Positions 13,101 through 22,890 of a stretch of 64,000 bases of DNA are shown here, piece by piece. Source of the DNA: Prasinococcaceae sp. CCMP 1430. Lineage: Eukaryota > Plantae > Prasinodermophyta. Under the pieces are notes generated by a model. The model was not told where the DNA came from and searched no databases. It was given only the letters and a program-made list of their open reading frames with translations. Position 1 is the stretch's first letter; the number at the start of each line of letters is the position of its first letter. The stretch covers positions 186,001 through 250,000 of the forward strand of contig RQSC01000027.1 of the NCBI GenBank assembly GCA_013416795.1, read 5' to 3'. Position numbers and translations under genes: made by a program.

Positions 13101-14135
13101 ACCGAGCGGTGCCTCGCGCAGCAGACGCTCTGTGGCGCGCTCGTAGTGCACATTGGCGCCGCTGTGCTCGGCAAGCATGCGCAGCACGGCCGCCACGTAG
13201 AACGGCGAGCGTCCACCGCGCGCCACCGCGACGCACGTCTCAGCGAAGCGAGGCAGACGCACGACAGCGCGGAAGGCCCCCACGGGCAGCGCGTCCTCAC
13301 CCTGCGCCTGCACGAGCGCCGCGAGACACAGCATCGCCGGTGCCGCCAGCTGGTCGGTCGCGCCGCGCGCGATCGCCTCGCCGAGCGCAGCCAGAGGCTC
13401 GGCCGCGAGCTGCGCGCGCGCGGCAAGCGCCACCGCGGCCATGTAGTATCCGGCAGCGAGCTCGGAACTACCACCTTTGGCGACGCCCCTGGCGATGACC
13501 GGCAGGAGGCGCGCGATGAAGACTTCGTCCAGCGGTGTCCTGCTCGCCGCGAGCGTCTCGGCGAGCAGCACAGTCGCGAACGCCGCCGTTCGGCGCGAGA
13601 ACTCGGCGGTGATGTGCGCCTCGCCCAGGAGGCCGAGCAGCAGACCGTGGTCATGAAGGCAGCGCTTGACGAGCACTTCACGCGGCAGCGGCGCGCCCGT
13701 GCGCTGCACGTCCTCCAGGAACTCGAAGCGCCCCCCGGCGACGTGCAGGCAGCGAACGAGGCGTACGAAGAGCTGCGTGTCGTGGTAGGGCATGGCCATG
13801 GCAACCATCGCGCCGGTGTTGTATTCGTTGGCGCGGAAGCGACGCATGAGGTACTCGAGCACCTTGTGCGCGGCGGGCTCGAGCAGGTGCGGCGAGAGCA
13901 GGCGCAGCGTGCGCTGCAGGTGGTCGTCGAGCGCCGCGCTCTCCTCGGGCGCGAGGTGGTCGCGGTCGGCCATGCCATCGACGAGCTTGCGCGCGAAGAG
14001 CGGCTGCGCGGCCGCGCCGAGCGCGGCGTCCCTCGCGGCGAGCTCCTCGTAGCCGTTGCACGCCACTGCGTACACGTCGGCCACGTCCATGTCCGCCGCT
14101 TCGCGCTGCGAGAACAGCAGGCTCGGCCGGTGCAC
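7193..14135 (-). CDS. UTP10: U3 snoRNA-associated protein 10 (UTP10/HEATR1/BAP28); intron 9698-9986; start codon unresolved
   Basis: N-terminal RPSLLF..AA.MD..VYAVACNGYEEL, LSPHLLEPAAHKVLEYLMRRF and MPYHDTQLFVR; HEAT-like Ala/Leu helices; C-terminal BP28CT (FRPLF, EEYLPMLAESVPILAEMLED). Phase-0 intron CAG|GTAAGG..CACAG|GCG joins ORFs 9564-14135 and 7193-9697. Confidence 0.92.
12066..12099 (-). repeat. (AAG)n trinucleotide tract encoding poly-Lys inside UTP10
   Basis: Plus strand reads a pure TTC repeat; translates as the K-run in QQEKKKKKKKKKKKEEE. Confidence 0.85.
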
Positions 14136-14426
14136 GCCCCCGTGCAGCTTGCCCGCGGCGGCCGCCGCGTGCGCGCGCGCGGCTCACTGGCAGCCCCGCC
14201 AACGCCAACGCCAACGCCCGCGCGCGCGCGCGCGCGCGCGCACTCCGGCGGCCGCCTGCGTTTCGACCTGCAGCCGCCGCGCGCGGCGGCTCCCCCGCGC
14301 GCAGGCGAGGCGCCATCGAGCGCGCGCGCCGAAGACCGATGTTGGGCCGGACGGATGGTGGGCCCCCCGTGTACGTGTACAAGTACCGTCATAGAATAGT
14401 TACAGAGTCCTATCCGATGGCAGGAT

Positions 14427-14483
14427 AGTACCAATTGGTACTCCGTCGAAAAAGTAGGTAGGATCGCACTCCGTCGAAAAAGT
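14427..14483. promoter_or_regulatory. Palindrome plus 16-nt direct repeat in the UTP10/IMP4 divergent intergenic region
   Basis: Perfect palindrome AGTACCAATTGGTACT (14427-14442); ACTCCGTCGAAAAAGT occurs exactly twice (14440-14455, 14468-14483). Function is inferred only. Confidence 0.45.
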
Positions 14484-15102
14484 GCACGCCGCGACACTGT
14501 GGCACGCTCCACGCAAGCACTCCATTGCGATAGTGCCGAGTGGCGAGCGCGCGACGCGCGAGCGAGGGGTGGTGTGTGTGCCTGATGGTGATGGCGTATG
14601 AAAGGGAGTGGGTGCCCGTGGGTATAATTGATGGCGTTGTTAGATGTGTATTTGACATGGGGGGGGGCGGGCGAGGCGGCCGCGCAGGCCGTCGTCGAGG
14701 CGACCGGCGGCGCGGTGGTGAGCACCTCGGTGGAGAAGGACAAGGAGGATGCGGCGGCGCAGCAGAGGGTCTGAAAGGTCTGGAGACCATCTCGCTCCTT
14801 GGCAACGGCAGGAAGGGGCCGGCGCCTGGGGGCGGGGCGGCTGCTGCGCGCGCGTGGTGTGGGTGGGGTGGGCTGGGGGAGCGGGCGCGCAGGGGTGGCC
14901 GCGCGCGGCGGCCGCGAGAAGGACCGTTCGCCGAGCAGGAACGCAGCTGCGCCGTGCCGCTCCGCTCCGCTCGAGCCACGCCGAGCCGAGCCGAGCTGCC
15001 ACTGCGTGAGGAGCGGCCGGGCGGGTGGCGGCCGAGGGGGCAAGCCAGGGCGAATAGCGGAGGAGGGTGGGCGTGGTGTGTGCACGTGGGGGGACGGGAA
15101 AG

Positions 15103-16181
15103 ATGCTCAAACGCAACGCGCGCTTGCGGCGCGAGTACCTGTACCGCAAAGGGCTTGAGGGCAAGGAACGCGAGCGGTATGAGAAGAAGCGCAAGGTGTG
15201 TGCTCACGCAGACGTGTGCGCTGGCCGGTGCGCGTGAGAGAATGCGGCGGCCGTCGCGGGCCTGCCCGCGCGGCTTCGGTCAGAGGGCGCGCGCGGGCTG
15301 TGTGCAACGTGCGGAAACTCAGGCGCGCTGACACCTATCGCCGCCTGCGCATCGATTCGCCCGCCCGGCTTCCCTCGCGCGCCCGTCAGATCCGCGCGGC
15401 CCTGGCCGACGGCAAGCCTATCCCAACCGAGCTGCGCGCCGAGGAGGGCGAGCTGCGGCGCGAGATCGCGCTCGAGGACGACAGGACCGGCGCAGCGCCC
15501 ACAACGCACGTGGACGACGAGTACGCGCATGCGGGCGAACGCGAGCCCAAGATTCTGCTTACTACAAGCCGCGACCCCTCGAGCAAGCTCGCGCAATTTG
15601 CCAAAGAGCTCAAGCTCGTGCTGCCCAATGCGCAGCGCATGAACCGCGGCACGCAGGTCATGTCACAGATCGTGGAGGCGTCGCGCTCGCACGACTTCAC
15701 GGACATCGTGGTGGTGCACGAGCACCGCGGCGAGCCGGACGGCCTGGTGGTGTGCCACCTGCCGTTCGGTCCGACGGCATACTTCGGGGTGGCCAACGCC
15801 GTCAGCCGGCATGACATCCGCGGCGGCGGCCAGGCGCTGCCCAACGTCAAGGAGGAGTACCCGCATCTCATCTTCGACAACTTCACCACTGCACTCGGTG
15901 AACGCACCAAGAACATCTTGCGGCATCTCTTTCCGCCGGGCGCCAAGGAGGACGCCAAGCGGGTCATGTGCTTCGCCAACCGGAGGGACTACGTGAGCTT
16001 CCGCCACTTCACCTACGTGCAGCCGCGCGGCGCGTCGAGCGTCGAGCTCACCGAGGTCGGGCCGCGGTTCGAGCTCAAGCTTTTCCAGATCAAACTCGGC
16101 ACGATGGATCAGGCAGAGGCCGACACCGAGTACGTGCTTCGCAGCTTCACCAATACGAGCAAGAAGAAGCGGATGCTCTGA
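15103..16181 (+). CDS. IMP4: U3 snoRNP protein IMP4 (2 exons: 15103-15195, 15390-16181)
   Basis: MLKRNARLRREYLYRK N-terminus, phase-0 GT-AG intron 15196-15389, Brix domain (PKILLTTSRDPSSKL, HEHRGEPDGL, HLPFGPTAYF, ELTEVGPRFELK). Confidence 0.97.
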
Positions 16182-16384
16182 TGAGGGGCGGCAGTGGACC
16201 GGTGGGCGTTGTTTGTACATTCCGTAACTATATTCTATGCGTTCTCACTGCTGCTCGGCAGCCTCTCATCGCCGCAGGCGCGCACTGGCGTGCCGCCGTG
16301 CCTACAACACACGGGGGGTGGGGGGGAGGGGGGAGGGTGGAGGGGGGGTCGCTTCTGCTTGAACCGTCGTCGCGCTGGGCATCC

Positions 16385-16840
16385 TTAGTAGTTAGCCTTG
16401 GCTCGAACCTTGCGGAGCTGCTTGGCGACCACGGCCGCCTCGAAGACGGCGGTCAGTGCGGCTGTCAAAACACCGGCGGCACACAGCGCTGCCGAAACGG
16501 GCGTTGCTGTCGCAGCTGCAGCGAGGCCCGCGCCTGGCGCAAACGCGGCAACGAGCGCGATGACTGCGCACGTGGCCAGTCCGGTCGCCCCGATGCGTGC
16601 CGCACGGTAGGTGCCCGGCATCTGTGCGAGCATGACCGCGACTGTCGCTGCGGCGAGTGCACCCACGCCGGCGGTTCGCAGCGCGAGGCAGAGCGCGCCG
16701 CCACCGCCGAGCGCAGCGTACGCCGGGCAAAACGGCGTGGGCGCTGCCAGCAGGGACAAGCCCCAAACGGCGTGCACGAGGGCGACGGCGTAGTGGCCGG
16801 CTGTCTCCTTCGATGCCACCAAGTTAGCGAAGAGTTTCAT
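16385..16840 (-). CDS. Hypothetical small membrane protein, about 4 hydrophobic helices (may have an upstream exon)
   Basis: 151-aa ORF, mostly Ala/Leu/Val/Gly, with a basic C-tail (KQLRKVRAKANY); ATG preceded by GCCACCGCCACCT; fits between IMP4 and EIPR1. Confidence 0.6.
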   Translation of the reverse strand: MKLFANLVASKETAGHYAVALVHAVWGLSLLAAPTPFCPAYAALGGGGALCLALRTAGVGALAAATVAVMLAQMPGTYRAARIGATGLATCAVIALVAAFAPGAGLAAAATATPVSAALCAAGVLTAALTAVFEAAVVAKQLRKVRAKANY

Positions 16841-17652
16841 AGGTGGCGGTGGCGCGGCTGTGGGGGCATGCTCTGTACCGTCGTCGCCGCGTTTCTGTTG
16901 CGAGTTTCGTCATTTTGTGCGCGTGAGTGTGCGGGAGAGTGGCGCGTTATGTGAGGGGGCGATGGTGTCAGCGTCATCGGCGCTCACGGGTGCCGCCCGG
17001 CACGCCGCGCCGCGGTGGCTACTCCGACCGATGGCCGGCACTCACCTTCGGCTTCCACGTGGCGCCCTGCCGCGGCGTGTCGATGCGGTCCGGATCGAAG
17101 CGGTTGTCTTTGTACCTGGCGGCGGTTGGCGAGCGGCGCCGAGCGCGCGCGAGAGGGACGCGCCCAGGGGCCGGGCGCGCGCCCCGCAGTGCCCCGCCAG
17201 GCGCCGCGAGCCGCCGCCGCGCGCAGCCGCCGACGGCCGGCACTCCTCCCTTCGCCACCCCGATGGAATTCAGCAAAAAAAATTCAAACCCTGAACGGTT
17301 TTGTCAATCGAAACCAACCCATATTCTGCCCCGTCCAGTTCGGGTTGGAGCCTCGCCCAGACCGAGACCGGCGATGGCGTGACCAGGTACCTCTTGGGCT
17401 GCAGTGCGGCCGGGGCGCCAAAAAAGGGAAAACTGGCGAAAAAAGGAAAGGGCGGCGAATTCATCAAAAAAAATATTTCGCGATTGTGAGGCCGCCGCGC
17501 GCCCGCGGCCACGCGCCCCCCGCGCGCTGCGCCCAGGCGCCTAGTCATCGATGATATTTTCCCAGGCGCCGCCACGGGCGCGCCCGCGGAGCTTTGGTTT
17601 GGGGTCACATCGGATTTCAACCTCAAACTCAAGTCCCCACCCTGGTGGCATG

Positions 17653-17662
17653 TTTAGGGTTT
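17653..17662 (-). promoter_or_regulatory. Telo-box-like TTTAGGGTTT in the divergent region upstream of EIPR1
   Basis: Exact TAGGGTTT at 17655-17662. Confidence 0.45.
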
Positions 17663-17997
17663 GATGCGGTGACGAGCGATGGTGATGACTGATGAGACAG
17701 TTGCCTCATTGGTTGTGGGTCTAAGTTGGAAACCCTCTATGGACGAGCCATTCCATCGTTGCAGCGGGAGCAAGCTTGCAGCGAACGAGGAGTGGGGGGC
17801 TGTTGCTGCGCCCGCCACACCACGCGCATGCCGGGACAGTGGGTGGGTTGGGCGTAGGGGGCAGGGGAGTCGAAGAGCGTGGCGGGCATCGCGGTGCATC
17901 GAGGCAGGTGGCGATCGCTCGGAGCAGCAGAGACTGCGTGCGAGCGCGTCCGCGGTAGGCGTGGGGGCGCGCCTGGCAGCGGGCGCTGCACGGGCGC

Positions 17998-19182
17998 ATG
18001 GCGTCCCGCGCAGCCGGGGGCGCCCATGCCACAGCGGTGGCGCCTCCGCCGTCGCGTGGGGTATGCGGCCTGCAGACGCACGGTGGCGGGGCGCGCGCTC
18101 TGTGTGCGGCTGGTGGGGATGGGAGCGGGGAGGGAGGCGCCACCGGGGCGGCTGGCAGCGCGTCACGGCTGATCGCAGCGACGCTGCGGCTGCGCGGCGC
18201 GCCGAACACCCTGCTGCGGCTGGAGCACAGAGCAGCGGCGGGGACGCTCACGCAGGTCGCGAGCTACGACCACCCACATGAGGTGTGGGACGTCGCGTGC
18301 GCGCCTGGTAGTGGAGGCGATGTCATTGCGACGGCTTATAATGACGCTCGCGCGAGCTCAGGCGGCGGCGGGCAGCGCCGGCGTGGCGCGCTCTGGCGAA
18401 TGGGTGACTCGGCGCTCGAGGAGCTCTGCGCGCTTGAATCTGATGCGCCTGTGAGGAGGGTCGCCTTCGACCGCAGTGGAGCCACCGTCGCGGCTGTGTC
18501 TGACGCAGCCGTCGCGACGTGTGATGTGGCCACTTGCAAGGCGTCAGGCAGTGGAACCCGCGGAGGCGAGCCGCTCGCCGAGATTGGGGCCGCAGCGTGG
18601 GACCCGCACAGCGACAGCAACGTGGGCGCGACGGCGGGCACGTCAGTGTGGGTATGGGATACGCGCGCGAACAAGCGCAGAGAGGCGCTTTCACGCGCCC
18701 ACGCGATGCGCTGTCGTGCGCTTTCGTTCGACCCGGCGCGCCAGCACCGTATCGCGACAGGCGGCGACGATTGCCGTGTGCGCTTGTGGGACCTTCGCCA
18801 CGCCGCGAGGCCCGTGGAGGACTTCGGCGGTGGCGGTGAGGGCGGCCACTCGCACTGGGTGTGGAACGTGGCTTTCAATCCTCGCCACGAAAGCCTGCTA
18901 GCGAGCTCAGGCTCCGATGGAGGCGTGTGCCTTTGGTATGCGCCCGCATCGGGCGCGACGCCTGCCGTGCCCGATGACGCGCTCCCCATGTCGCCTATGT
19001 CGCCTGGCGCGCCGGGCGAGACGGCCGGGCTGGCGTGCAGCTACGACGTCCACGAGGATAGCGTGTACGGGCTGGCGTGGTGCGAAGCCGACGAGTTCGC
19101 ATTTTGCTCGCTCGCTTACGACGGCACCGCCGTCGTCAACGACGTCCCGCGGGCGACCAAGTATGCGGCGCTGCAGGCGTGA
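17998..19182 (+). CDS. EIPR1: WD40 protein EIPR1/TSSC1 (plant DWA2-like)
   Basis: N-terminal GVCGL..ARAL, WD repeats (IATGGDDCRVRLWDLR, HSHWVWNVAFNP) and family C-terminus HEDSVYGLAW..F.SLAYDG..VVNDVP..KY. Confidence 0.85.
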   Translation: MASRAAGGAHATAVAPPPSRGVCGLQTHGGGARALCAAGGDGSGEGGATGAAGSASRLIAATLRLRGAPNTLLRLEHRAAAGTLTQVASYDHPHEVWDVACAPGSGGDVIATAYNDARASSGGGGQRRRGALWRMGDSALEELCALESDAPVRRVAFDRSGATVAAVSDAAVATCDVATCKASGSGTRGGEPLAEIGAAAWDPHSDSNVGATAGTSVWVWDTRANKRREALSRAHAMRCRALSFDPARQHRIATGGDDCRVRLWDLRHAARPVEDFGGGGEGGHSHWVWNVAFNPRHESLLASSGSDGGVCLWYAPASGATPAVPDDALPMSPMSPGAPGETAGLACSYDVHEDSVYGLAWCEADEFAFCSLAYDGTAVVNDVPRATKYAALQA

Positions 19183-19254
19183 GCCGTTGGCGCAGCGGCT
19201 CAGACCTGGGCCTGGTGCTGATTCATACAGTATGATACAAATGACGCAACACAA

Positions 19255-20225
19255 TCAGATGCGCAGCGTGCCGACTGCGCCGCTGAGCTTCGCTGCCGCA
19301 GCGACGACTGCGCATCGCGCGTCCGCGTCGCTGCCCGTGCTACAGTCTGCCGCAGCCTGCAGCAGCGCCTCGTCCGCGTCCTCGCCGAGCGCATTGCAGT
19401 AGTCAACGGCCGCCTCGGTGTCGCCGCCACACTCAGCGAGCGCTGCCATCGCGGCGGCGCGCGAAACCCGGCCGCGCACCGCGACCTCACCCACTGCTCG
19501 CTCCCACGCCTCGTCAGCCTCCGCCGCCTCTGCGTGCACGGCCGGCCCGTCGCCATCGTCATCGCGTCGTCGCACGGCGTGGAAGTGCTCGCCATCGACA
19601 TAGGCGACGTGCGCGACACGCGGCCCGTCTTCTCCGAGTACCCACGCCTTGGCTTCGCCTGGTTGGTGCACGTGAATCTGCACCCTCTGCGTGTCCGCGA
19701 GGGCCTGCAGCTCGAGGTGCCCACCCCACGCCCCGTCGCGCTCCATGCGCACGAGGTACGATTCAAAATCTTCGTCCTGCGAGCTCACCGCGCGCGCGGC
19801 CGCGTCAGGACGCCGCGCCGCCAGCGTGCCGCGGGCGCTCGCCACGGGTCCCGCGGCGTTTGACATACAGGCAGCGCGCACACCTCCTCAAGGAAGAGCG
19901 AGTACGTGTCGGCGTTCTCGCGCATGTGGCGCACTGCGTTGGCGCGGAGCGAGACGTGATCGCCGGAAGTGTTTGGGCCGCCACCGAAGAGCTGATCGGC
20001 GAGGGCTCTAAATAGGCAGTTGCCGTCTGACTCAATTGGCACGATGCGCAGCCCTCTCGCGGCGAGCTGGCGGCGCAGCCCTTCCTCCCCAGCGGCGGCG
20101 GTCCAGCCGCTGCCGGCAGCAGCAGCGTCGCCGCTTCGCGTGCTTTCCCTCTTCACGCGCGCTGCGCTGCCGCGCGTGCCTCCGCCGCCCTTGCCGCCCC
20201 CGGCCCTCGCCTTGCGCCGGGCCAT
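19255..20225 (-). CDS. OTU-domain deubiquitinase (OTUD3/OTU7-like), 2 exons: 20225-19884, 19776-19255
   Basis: Catalytic DGNCLFRALADQL, WGGHLELQAL and GEHFHAV motifs; phase-0 intron 19777-19883 gives FLEE|DEDFESY; possible UBA-like tail. Confidence 0.88.
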
Positions 20226-20396
20226 CTGCGCCAGCTGCGGTCGCGGCCGCAGCGCGCAGCACTGTGGCGCGGCCGCAGCGCCCTGGCGAATGTGCCCAGT
20301 CCAACGTGTGAGATTGAAAAGCAAAATTCTAGCTAGCTCTAGCTACACGACGCTCGCTTGCACCTGGCTGGAGGTGGCGCTGCGCCGCGGCCTCTA

Positions 20397-21732
20397 CTAC
20401 AGGTCTAACTCCCACAACGCCACGGTGCCATCCCGTGATGCCGACGCGAGCGTGCGGCCCGCGCCGTCGCAGAAGGCCACCTCGGACACTGCTTGCGCGT
20501 GGTACCGCAGCCGCGCGAGCGGTCGGCGCCGCTTCCAGTCGAAGAGGCGCACAGCGCCATCCCAACCGCCAGCAGCGATGCAGCGCCCATCACCGCGAAA
20601 CGCGGTGGCGGCAATGTCGCCCGCGGCACGGCCCGGAAGGGGTCCCAACGACGCCAGATTGAGCCCGCCATCGCTGCTGCTGCCATGAGTGAGTGCGAGC
20701 GCTCCCCCGAACGTGTCCGCTCCTCCGGCAGCGCATCGCACCTCCCGGCCACCTGCTGCCATCACCGTTGCGAGGCTGAGCACCGGCTGCGAGAACGGCG
20801 CGCTCCCACAGGCTGCGCGGCGTGCGTCCGTGGCGCCGAGCGACTCGCTACCCTTTCGAAGGTCGTACGCGCGCACATCGCCGCTCTCAAAGCCTGCGAG
20901 GAGCAGAGGCAGAGAGGGAGTGCTTTGGCCAGCTTGTGCTGAGGGCGCGTGGGCGAACGACAGGGCCGTGCACGCGCCCACGCGCGGCGGGTCGTCCTCT
21001 GCAGGCAACATGTCCCGCTCGGCACGCCCCACGCGCACGGCCGGTGCGCGCGGCGCGCGCACGTCCCACACCTCAGCCACGCCATTGTCGACGGACGCGA
21101 CAGCAAACACAGCGCCCATGCCGCCAGGCGCGCCAGCCGAAGGAGGTGCGGCCGCCAGCTGGCAGAGGGAGTACGAACCTGTGTCGACAGTCGCGAGCGC
21201 ACCGCCATCGGCCCCTTTGCTTTCGCCGCCTCCGAGCCTACCATCCTCTCCGAGGTCCCACAGGCGCACGACACCGTCACGCCCCTGCGTGAGCAGCTGC
21301 GACGCTGACGAGCTGCCGTCGTCGTCCGCGCGCACACCCATCAGCGCTCGCACGGCGAGCACGCCAGCACCTGGTGGCGCTACCCGCGCTGCACACGCCG
21401 CGCGGCGCGTGGCAAGGCGCCACACGACAATGGTGCCGTCAGCATCGCTGCACGAGCGATGCGAGTGGCCAGAGTGGACGCGGGGGGTCAGAAAGGTGTA
21501 TTTGCGCGCCGCTCTCATCCCGCCAACGCGCGCGTGGGGGACTCGTCGGACCTCTAAGGCGCACACGGTCACTCATTCCTACCCGCCTCGGGCCGCGCTC
21601 GCACCCTGACGCCAGTAGCCCTCCACCAAGCGCCGCGAGCGCCGCGACTTCCGCGCCGTGGCCGCGCAGAACGGCGGGCTCTGGCGGCGTCCGCGGGCGC
21701 GCGCCGCCGTGGCTCACCGCCGCCGCCGTCAT
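20397..21732 (-). CDS. WD40 protein GNB1L/ASA1/plant DSE1-like, 2 exons: 21732-21605, 21447-20397
   Basis: PPEPAVLRGH N-terminus, spliced LLASG|DADGTIVVW (intron 21448-21604), TQGRDGVVRLWD, RGDGRCIAAGGWDGAVRLF, LRYH, LASASRDGTVALW. Confidence 0.85.
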
Positions 21733-22041
21733 CGCGCGCGCCCCCAGTGCGGTAAGGCGCTCGCCCCAATCGTCACCGTGCAGGGCACGTAGGGGGTAGC
21801 GCTATCCTCCACGCGCCACTCTCACCCCCCAGAGCGCGCTGATCGGACGCCGCATTGCGCGTGTGCTGTGGCAGTGGTGCCGCTGTGCAGCATCTCGCAG
21901 CGAAAGAGCGCTCTCTTTGATGCGCCGCGTGCCACAAACTGCACGCGCCGCCCCTGGCGCCGCCGGGCGGTGCAAGCGCGAGTCAGGCCGGTAGCTTGCT
22001 AGCGCTTGCAAGCACGCGCGCGCGCGTTCGCGGGTGGCGCC

Positions 22042-22834
22042 ATGGCCGCGACGCGGCGGCGGCAGTCTGAGACCCCTGTGCCCGCCAGCGGGAGCGACGA
22101 CAGCAGCGATGGTGGCGCGGCGAAAGGCTTCGAGTGGTGCGTCGTTGCGCGCGTGCGCACACGCGCGCGTGCAAGCTGCTGCCGCCGCCGTCGATGCCGT
22201 CGTCACTATCGCTGTTGCCAGAACCGCGCGCCGCTGTGCTCCTGCGCGAGTGCGCACGCGCACGCATGGCCTGACTCCTCTGTGCTGCAGCAACGTGTGC
22301 CTTGAGCCTGCGTCCGAGCCGGTCATCACTCGCTGCGGTCACCTGTACTGCTGGCCGTGCCTGCACAGGTGGATTGAGCGGCACGCAGGGCCAGCCCCGT
22401 GCCCCGTGTGCAAGGCCGCGGTGACCGCTGACACATGCACGCCTATCTATGGGCGCGGAATGGACCCGGAGGTTGCAGACCCGCGCATGCGTACGCGCAC
22501 ACGCAACACACGCTCGGGCGTGGTGGCCGCGAGCGCGCCGGGGCGGCCGGCGGCAACGTATGTGGCCGCGCCCGAGCCGATAATGGCCGCAGCGGCGGGA
22601 GGCGACCCCATCATCCTAGGCGGGCATAACCCGCTCGATGCGCAAACGATAAGCGTGAGCTACGCCCCGGGCATCGGCCTCATCCCGGGGCTCTTCGGCC
22701 TCACTCTATGCGCCCGCCGCCGTGCGCCAATGCACCCTTGGGAAAGCCTCGAGCTTCGTCGTCACAAAGCCACCCTCAACGCTGCGCTCGTTGCCGCCGT
22801 CGGAGCGCTCGTCGCAGCGATCGTGCTGCTCTAA
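22042..22834 (+). CDS. Tail-anchored C3HC4 RING E3 ligase (RMA/RNF5/RNF185-like), 2 exons: 22042-22136, 22291-22834
   Basis: Intron 22137-22290 splits the first Cys codon (TG|C), giving [35 protein letters not shown]; PIYGRG..DPR; hydrophobic C-terminal helix; TGTAA at 22847. Confidence 0.88.
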
Positions 22835-22890
22835 GGTCGCACAGGTTGTAATCTAGTTGTACATATGCTACAGAGGAATGAAAGGCACCC

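Noticed and set aside
17682-17790. Box C/D snoRNA candidate (GTGATGA at about 17682); similar TTGATGA near 29688
   Set aside because: No box D (CTGA) at a suitable distance and no terminal stem found.
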